Source: Macrostomum lignano | Taxonomy: Eukaryota | Direction: 5' to 3' | Assembly: GCA_002269645.1 (NCBI GenBank) | Contig: NIVC01000106.1 | Coordinates: forward strand, 372,001 to 436,000 | Length of the DNA: 64,000 bases | Part shown: positions 55,125 to 64,000 of the stretch, one piece after another | Layout of the letters: each line of letters opens with the position of its first letter | Position numbering within the stretch: position 1 is the first letter of the stretch | Position numbers and translations under genes: made by a program | The notes under the pieces: model-generated | The model's input: the letters and a program-made list of their open reading frames with translations, nothing else | Told to the model about the DNA's origin: nothing | The model's database searches: none

Positions 55125-57084
55125 CGCTGACACTAAGGGAGGCCGTGAGGTCGCTGGCAGCAGCGGGTTCGGTCTGTCGCAGTTCACGGAGCAGTCGGTG
55201 CAGCTGGCCCAGCAGAAGCCGACGACAATTTTGGCCGGTAAAAGAAATCGGGGAGGTCAGCCTCATGTGAAAGGTCGGAGAGGGCAAGTGCAAGTGCATG
55301 GTAGCGATGAAGCTGCATTGCAGATTCCCATTGACGCCTCGAAAGGCGGGAAAGCAAGACTGGGATTGGAGGGTGGGGAAGCTTATCCAAGAGCATGCAT
55401 CACGTGACTGCTGAACAGACCTTGAACTCCGCTGCTTAAGCAACCAGTGACGTCATCACACGAGTGCAGCTGCGATTGGCTGGGGTGCGATGAGAGTTCG
55501 GGATCGTGGCACCATCAAGGCGTGCAAATAAGAGTTCGCTACACAGAGTAAAACAAATGTGGGCATAAAATTGATTAATAAATAGTCATACAAATCTGAA
55601 TAAGCATGCGTAAGCCTGGGTAAAACAAACGGAGGTTTAATATTTTAGTCAAAAGATTCGTTCACACTGCCACAAGATGAACATCGTTTTTGAGTGCAGA
55701 TTCCACGTCTTTTAAATATTTTCTTGTTTCTCTTTCTGTGCATAAGTCGCATGGCTTGGTGGCACTTTTCACTTTTCATGGCAGTCGAAACGCGTCTTTT
55801 TACATGCCTAGGTGGGTCATGTTAGTAGTGAGTTGCGCGCACTCAGTGTCAGACACCCAGTGTCAGAAGCCACTGTAAATAAGAGCTTGAGTTTTACGAG
55901 CAGACAGCAATCAGTCAACAAAAAATAAACAACTTGGCATTAGCGACGCACAAAACGGATTAAATTAATCTGTGTCACCAAAAGTTATTACTGCGATTAT
56001 TTATGAAACAGCTAAAATATTGGGAGGTCTAACGAAAAAAAGTCTTTATTAAAAAATTCATGGCTTCGGTACATGAAACGGATTTCAAAATCAGAAATCT
56101 TAATTTAGAAATTAAATATAAAAGGAAACTCATGAGCTCAGTAGTCTCGCCATGAATGCCGAGAATCTAGGTGTAGGTAACAGCGAACTAAGGTACCAAT
56201 AACCTTAAATGTCATCTTTAATTCAAAATTAATACACTATATGAATTAAAAAGTAAATTCCGTTGGCTACACAAACACGATGATCAGGAAAGCAAATTTA
56301 CCATAGTTAAACTGAGTAGCGAGAAATAAGAATAGGATTAAAGATCACGATAAAGCGATCGAAATTAATGTAACACACAAAATAAAGGATATCAAGATCC
56401 ATTTAAAGCAAAAGCCGGATATTTTTTAAAAAGTCTTCAAAAGTTTGTAAGATAATAAACAAAGCAAAGGCAAAAGCTGGGGAATACTCATATGAGTACA
56501 CATTGAATCAGTATAAGAGAAACTAATGGAATTCTACCGCACTTACTAGTATACCTACTCCGCAACCATTATTTAGTAGTAAATTCTGGTGAAAAACCAA
56601 ATAGGACTCCCAGTGCCAATGAAAACTTCCGCATTTAAAAGTCCTATTTAGCAGCATTTGCAGTGTCAACCACAGAAATACACAGAAACGTCAGCCAGCA
56701 CTCGCACAGACCTTGCTGACGTTCGCTTTCTACGAGCTACCTCTATTGATGAGAAGCCATGCTCAACAATAAATTATACCAGCTGAATTCGCTTGGCGGT
56801 TCAACCGGATAATAATTATTGAAGTTATCTTACTTGTACCTCATTGTTGAATCCAAGAATGTCAACGAATCTATTGGGACTGCTTATAAGTTATCATCAT
56901 CCGTCGAAAAAGTGGGCTAATTACGGGAAAAGTAAATAGACCAATCCGTGCATATTCTTCGGTATGTGAGCGTAACCATGGAATTAAAAAAAAACACCAA
57001 CAAAAAAACGCGCGTTGCCTTGCCAATAGCCTAAAATATGCACTATTAACATAAAAACAGTTGTAAGTGCGCAAAAAGCAGATT

Positions 57085-58302
57085 TTAGCGAACTAATCTT
57101 GACATTCGATCGAAAATTTGCCTGCTCTGATGTTGTTCGCAGATTGATAAAGCAAACCGACGTGAACTATCAGTATCAGTGAGACAGTCTGGTCCGAGCT
57201 CGTTCACCAGCCACTCGAGTGCTGAGCTGCTCACAGCATTGAAAGCAGCACAGTGCACTGCAGTCATGTTTTGCCTTCCTCTCAGCTTGAAACACTCGAC
57301 TCCATTCATCTTCTCTTTGATGAACTGCATTGATTCCGCCTTCTGGAACTGAGCCGCAATGTGGATGACTGTGTCATTGTTTGCATTTCTGTCAGTGAGA
57401 CAGTCTGGTCCGAGCTCGTTCACCAGCCACTCGAGTGCTGAGCTGCTCACTTTATTGCATGTAGCACAGTGCACTGCAGTCTTGTTTTGCCTTCCTCTCA
57501 GCTTGAAACACTCGACTCCATTCATCTTCTCTTTGATGAACTGCATTGATTCCGCCTTCTGGAACTGAGCCGCAATGTGGATGACTGTGTCATTGTTTGC
57601 ATCTCTGTTAGTGAGACAGTCTGATCCGAGATCGTTCACCAGCCACTCGAGTGCTGAGCTGCTCACTTTATTGAAAGCAGCACAGTGCACTGCAGTCCTG
57701 TTGTTGAATCCTCTAAACTTGAAACACTCGACTCCATTCATCTTCTCTTTGATGAACTGCATTGATTCCGCCTTCTGGAACTCAGCCGCAATGTGGATGA
57801 CTGTGTCATTGTTTGCATTTCTGTCAGTGAGACAGTCCGCTTCGAGTTCGAACATCAGCCATTGGAATGTCGATCCATGATCTGTGTGATTCTCAGCTGC
57901 CCTATGCATCACTGTTTTCTGCCTGCTATCTCTTGCTTCGAATGGGTTCCAGTCCGCTTCTGCTGCCTGCAGCTTCTGTTTCAGGAACTCCATCGTCTCC
58001 GCAGTCTGACTCTTTGCTGCCAGGTGAGTCACCGAGTCGCCATCGCTATCAACCAGCCGAAATATGTCGACCCCGTGCCCCATCTCCAGTAATCGAAGAA
58101 CCGGCAGTCCGTCTCTGTCCCGAGCTGCAGCAAATATGACGCCTTTGGCGAAGTCTTCTCCAGGTCCGACGATGCTCTCGGACACCTGGAACAGCAGATC
58201 ATCAGTCAGCCGTTCGTCTCCGGCTGCTACCGCCTGCTTGATCTGCCTAAAGAGATGCTGAGAGGCCTCGTATTCGCTGAACTCGCTGGGACTCAGAGCT
58301 CT
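57085..58302 (-). CDS. Ankyrin-repeat protein, terminal exon, 3 x 72-aa modules (paralog B)
   Basis: Same acceptor CTAATCCGATTTCAG|AGA (exon starts at 58302; 1218 nt = 406 codons including the stop). Exactly 360 aa (5 modules) shorter than A; frame intact. Confidence 0.9.
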   Translation of the reverse strand, partial: RALSPSEFSEYEASQHLFRQIKQAVAAGDERLTDDLLFQVSESIVGPGEDFAKGVIFAAARDRDGLPVLRLLEMGHGVDIFRLVDSDGDSVTHLAAKSQTAETMEFLKQKLQAAEADWNPFEARDSRQKTVMHRAAENHTDHGSTFQWLMFELEADCLTDRNANNDTVIHIAAEFQKAESMQFIKEKMNGVECFKFRGFNNRTAVHCAAFNKVSSSALEWLVNDLGSDCLTNRDANNDTVIHIAAQFQKAESMQFIKEKMNGVECFKLRGRQNKTAVHCATCNKVSSSALEWLVNELGPDCLTDRNANNDTVIHIAAQFQKAESMQFIKEKMNGVECFKLRGRQNMTAVHCAAFNAVSSSALEWLVNELGPDCLTDTDSSRRFALSICEQHQSRQIFDRMSRLVR

Positions 58303-58699
58303 CTGAAATCGGATTAGGCAGATAGTTATAATTAGGCTAGGGTAATTAAAGGCCTATGATATTGGCTGTGAAACTTAAGGACATATAGGTAAATTGGGAA
58401 GGGCAGAGCAGAAACATTTTCGCTCGGTTCGGTCGTGAGTGTCGTGCTATGTGACTGCAAAGTGGCAGAGCAGTTGTTTTCCGCTATCATGTTGATGGGC
58501 TGCCGTGTCATCACCTGGCAGCCTTTCCGACTTTTTTCGACATGATCTTTGTAGGTAAAGCGCGATATATGAGAAAGCACCATTTCTGTTTGTCCGTTGC
58601 TCAACTTGGTGGTGCCGCTATCTACACTTCCTATCAACGACGTCTACGAGTACTCTCTGCTTCGGCGGGGTGTATGCAGAAACTAGCAGAATTCGCGAG

Positions 58700-59525
58700 A
58701 GACAGCCGATGATATCGCCCTGCTGTCCTTTAACCTCTACGCGACAGGTGGTGCTTGGCATCACCCTTGTTGCCAACGGCTGTGCCGAAATCGGGACATA
58801 GACTATTTGACAGTCGCTACGAACAACTTTGTTAGTTTTCCTAGGAGCCACGTTGAAATCAATCAGACCATGGCCGGGTTCCATTTGATTGCCGAACTGC
58901 CACATGTCATTGGTGTTATCGACTGCACAAATGTCGCTATCAAGAGTCCAACTAACAATGAGTATGTTTTTGAGAACAGAAAATCGTTTTATTCTATTAA
59001 TGTTCAAGCTGTGTGCAGTGTCTCAATGTCATTCACGAACATTCTAGTACGCTGGCCGAGAAGTACACACGATTCTTTCATATTCAACAACTCTGCATTA
59101 AAGGAGATTCTATCAGAAGTGTTAGTGGCAGTATTCCTCGTCGGTGATAGTGGATATCCTCTGAGACCATTTCTCATGAAGGTTTTCGACACTCCAAAAG
59201 AGATGCAAGAGAGACCGACTTCAACCGGAGGCTGCGACAAACTCGGGTGAAAATAGAATGTTCATTCGGGATTCTAAAGTCTCGATTTTAATGCCTGAAT
59301 CGTCATTCCGCAAGTCTCCGATTCCATCCGAGCAAGTTTTGCTTGATAATAAGCGCCTGTTTTGTGCTGCATAACATTGCGATCAACAGAGGAGTTCCAC
59401 TGGTTGTGCCGATCCAGCCTGACATCAATGACGAACCGGAGGATGTTGGCGTCGATGATATTGGAGCTAGAAGAGCCGAGCGAATTCGCATCGTACATTT
59501 GATACAACATGCAAGTAATCAGTAA
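58700..59525 (+). pseudogene. PIF/Harbinger transposase relic, copy B
   Basis: LYATG, VIGVIDC, NRKS.YSINVQ, WP.STHDS, GDSGYPL, ACFVLHN; frameshift near 59195 and a stop near 59289. Confidence 0.9.
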
Positions 59526-60396
59526 AGAGGCCCTGGAGCTGGGCCATTGTGGGCACGAGGTTGGCGGCGCGGTTGTTCCGGATTTCGGTCTGGAGCTCGA
59601 GCGGGAGGCGGTTCCAGAGTGCGTAGACGCGGCTGTCGAGGGTGCACGCGAGCTCACCTAGGCGGAGTAGCTGGCCGGTAGCGAGTCGGAGGGCGTCGGT
59701 GTAATTCTCGAGCTCATCCAAGTCGGAGGCGGAGCTGCAGTGAAGAGCGAAAAGGATCTGGAAGAAGGCGTTTTTCTGCTCCTGGGCATCGGCGTAGTTG
59801 GCCTGGAGGACGCGGCAGGCTTCGGCGTAGGCGTTGGGCTGGCAAGCGTCGAGGGCGCCAAGCTTCCGGAGTGCCGAGCCAGAGTGAAGACCGCGGAGCG
59901 CCTCAAACTTATCGACGTCGTTGAGACTGGATTGGTCGACGTGGTAGAAGAAGGCGTTCCAGAACCCGGGGAATGCGGTGGGGTCGGTGCCGTCGAATGT
60001 CGGGAGACGAACCTTCTGGAGAACAGTGGAGTGGATTAGAGCGGCCGGATCGCTATCGCTGGTTGCGGACTACGACGCAGATTTCAGGGCAGGATGGGAA
60101 TTAGCGGCGAGCTGTTGTATGAGCAGCTGATTCTGCTGCATCATGGCGGTCATAGCGGTCAGGAGGGCGTTGATATCGACGGAGGCAGCGGGAGCTGCTG
60201 CAGGGATCGCAGTTGTGGAAGGAGCAGCGGGAAGAGCAGATGTCGCGGCTGCTGAAGCAGCAGGCGGCGGGTCACTGGCTTTGACGTGCGGCTGCTCCGC
60301 GTCGATTGGCGCTTCAGCAGAGGCTGTGCTGTGGTCGTTCTTGGACTGCTTGATCTGGTCGCCAGATAGGTCAGTTGTTGATCGCGTGATAACCAT
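59515..60396 (-). pseudogene. BEL/Pao gag relic, copy B
   Basis: Homologous to 21660-22557; no 7-nt duplication but an in-frame TAG at 60070-60072. Confidence 0.8.
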
Positions 60397-60454
60397 GGTA
60401 ATCCGGACGCTCTGCTACCAATTTGTAGAATAGATTCGTCGAGGAAGAGAGAGG

Positions 60455-61024
60455 AACCACGCTCTGCTACCAATTTGTGGAAGTTGACAATAAACTAATA
60501 TTGAACGAGCGGTTAGCGGGGAAGGAATCAGTAGAAGAGAAGCAGAGGTGAAGGGCAGAAGCCGCGAGTTGAACTTGTATTTGTACTAACACAGCGAACA
60601 GGGTAGCTGAAATGTCTGTGGCAAATTAACGGTTATGCTAGTCTGTGGGAAAAGCGTGGTAGACGAAGGGAGCCAGCTAACTGAAAAGTACGAGTCTTTA
60701 TTGCAAAACAGAAAGTAGAAATATTTGAAGGATGAAATCGCCAAGACCTCGAATTTGACAAACTTGCTCGGATAGCTAATGAAGTCAGTGTTGCTGCCTG
60801 CAAGATAGGTGAAGAATTTCTACTTTCTAGACAAGCAGGTCATTAACATGGAACTCTATCGCATCGCAGAACTGACACGGTGTCTTCGGCTGCGTCGACG
60901 GTCTCGCCCTGCTGTTATCAACTACAACAACAACTGTTCTCAACTAGTGATGAGGCGCTAACGAATGATGCTCGCCAATGGTGCCTCATTCCTTTGGTTA
61001 TTGCGCTTGTACTTTGCTTCCACA
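60455..61024 (-). mobile_element. BEL/Pao-like PBS (60455-60472) and 5' LTR (60476-61024), copy B
   Basis: TGTGGAAG...CTTCCACA termini, same PBS, second PBS-like copy at 60407-60420. Confidence 0.75.
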
Positions 61025-63166
61025 GCTTCTACTTAATAATTAATAATATAACTACTTAATAATAAAAAAGTCAAAGACTTTCTGCCACCCAGCTCAGCCT
61101 CAGACACTTCGAGATGTTAAATCAGCAAGCAGTGCGACTTGATAAATATTGGCTTTCATGTTGACCTGACATCCTTGATGCTGGATGCCATCAGAGTCCC
61201 ATAACCATTTAAATATCTCGCTCGAGTGCAGGAAGGAAAGTCGCGTTGCAAGAACAGGACTTCAGGAAAGCTTGAATAAATAAGCAACGCAATAATTGTA
61301 CTTTATATCGACAATCATTTATTTATTTTGGATAAACGCAATAAAATATACTTATTACCAGTCAATGGGGTAGTGGGTGCATAATGTACAGAGAAACAGC
61401 TTAATGATATTACGAGCTAAGTCGTAACCAAGTTACCAAGAACACAGGTGAGTCAAAATGACTAAACGCATCCAGTCTTAGCGCGTTCATACGCTGGTGT
61501 GACATGCTGAACTTCTCAACACTTCTTGCAAGTCGCTCAGGCAACAGCCGAATGGTTGACATATGATGTCATGTGATCGCCCTTGCGGATCATGCAGGTC
61601 TGAAATGCTGCGACTCCGAGACGTCTCAAAGCGCCACTGAAATTCTTGTCATTGTCAACTTCGCGGCAGCTGTTGAGTACATCGCGCATAACACAAAAAA
61701 CAGAGACTGCGGCATGACTCTCAGCCAAAGATGCAAAAATTACATTTCGTAATATTGCAGAGGGTGGACCCAAGTATAAGTACAAAGCCTAACAAAAAAC
61801 TGCTTAGTTTTTTAATCTGAAAAATGGATTCAGATTACCTGATCACTATGAGAATCCGTGTATTTAATAATGGCAATTATGCCGAATTTACGTAAAAATA
61901 AAAGTACACAACTTTGATGCTTTTATTACTGTAGAGATGAGGTATTAAAAGAGCAAAGTGCACATTTTATGGATCAATTATGGAATAAGCTGAGTCGGCT
62001 GAGTCGCTTCATCAAACTGGCGCAGGCGCGGCTGTGAATGTTTTGTCAAAGTCTGCCGCAATCATCGAGCAAACAAACTTTAAGTGACGCAACAGCGCGT
62101 CAGCGCTGGCAAAAGTGCGCAATAAAATTCAGTAAATTTTGCACTGCGTTCAAAACGGAGCAGCGAGTTAAAGGCTCCCGCCTTCGCCAGTGCGCGGTTG
62201 CGAGAGCGACTGCTGTTCTCAGGCTCTCAGGCTACAGCAGCCTGGCCAATTATCGTGAAGGAAGGGATGACGGCAGGCAGGGAGGGGAGCAAGACTGGAG
62301 GATTGCGGTGATATTGAAGGTCAAACCTGAGCAAGATCTAATGAGTTTTGATTGCTTTGTAGAGGTTCATTCATTGAATGTTACTGTAAGTAGAACAATG
62401 CAAAAATGCGCAGCAAAACTTAAACTTCTTTAAGTTAAACTTAAACGTTACGCTCCAAAGATCTTAAGCTTGCTGGAGCAGCTAAGCGAGGCTACATCTC
62501 TGAGGGAAATAAATAGCGTTTGGTAAGCCTTTGTTCGAGTCTTCGTTATTTGATTATTGAGAGCGATTTTATTGCCGGCCATTACTGATCAGTTGAATTA
62601 CTGAGTTAATTGAATTTGAGGCCTCCCTCCTAAGGGATTGGATAGGATCTGCGGACCCTTTAAGGATTATCGATTTAATTGATTTTGATACCCTAGAGTA
62701 ACCGATAGGGGCACACGACTCCGATTCGGTTATTTCTAGAAGAAGACGCCCTTTCTGAAGGACGTCGTTATTGCTATGAAGTTGACTTTGTTATTAGGGC
62801 GCATCTCTGATAATTGACTTCTGCACTCGAGAAATTCTTCGACGTCGACGGATTAAATTGTAACGCGCTCACATTCGGCCGATTTTTAGAATTCAAGAAG
62901 ACTACTCCGGAGGAAGACTCCATAGAAGACTACGAGCCCTACGAACCTGCCCGACAAAGAAGAGGAGCCCGCACCCGTGAGTGATCACTGAATTTTGTTC
63001 CCAGGCTTAAGGTCTGGAAGTGAGAGTTTTCGGGTGACTGATCACCACCCGATTAAACTCTTCAGCTTGATGGCTTGATAATTTTGATAGTTCTTGTAGA
63101 TAAATGCAAATTTTCAATTTCTACAGCACGGCAAACACAATAGACAGCCAGCTGCTTAGTGCTTAC

Positions 63167-63269
63167 CTCAGCCATGGAGCTGCACGAGTGCCTTCGGCTG
63201 CTCAAGGGCGGCTGAGTCGCTGCGGAGGTGATGACAGAGCTGATGTGCTGCGCTGAGTTTGAGGTGCGT
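63167..63269 (-). CDS. Candidate upstream exon of ankyrin paralog B, ending M-A-E
   Basis: Same acceptor and 103-nt length as in A; donor GAG|GTAAGC. Confidence 0.5.
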
Positions 63270-63309
63270 CTGAGAATGGAGGCGGGACTTACGATGACGG
63301 TGGTGTACA

Positions 63310-64000
<691 letters not shown>

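Overview
Eukaryotic, animal-like, repeat-dense DNA; spliceosomal signals and metazoan transposon families support this. The satellite style resembles a flatworm such as Macrostomum, but that is an unverified guess. There are no prokaryotic genes, rRNA, intact tRNA or CRISPR arrays. The window is mostly a direct duplication: copy A starts at ~4901 and runs to at least ~27100; copy B runs from ~34622 to the window end. A GGATCAGGATT satellite and a near-full-length RNase H-bearing LINE lie between the copies. Each copy carries six satellite arrays, a 116-bp triple repeat, an RTE-like RT relic, a Harbinger relic, a BEL/Pao LTR-PBS-gag relic and one host-like gene: an intact minus-strand ankyrin-repeat gene built from 72-aa (216-bp) two-ankyrin modules. 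That gene is the main result. Its modules are almost identical in DNA but vary at the beta-hairpin and first-helix positions that form the ankyrin binding face. The paralogs have 8 versus 3 modules, and amino-acid-changing differences greatly outnumber silent ones by hand count. It is a candidate natural DARPin-like variable recognition gene family. Copy B also has a TTAA piggyBac insertion (empty site in A), two other copy-specific segments, and a 5.2-kb 24-bp satellite with 768- and 1536-bp higher-order blocks. Nearly all long ORFs in the supplied track are satellite artefacts. All counts were made by eye.
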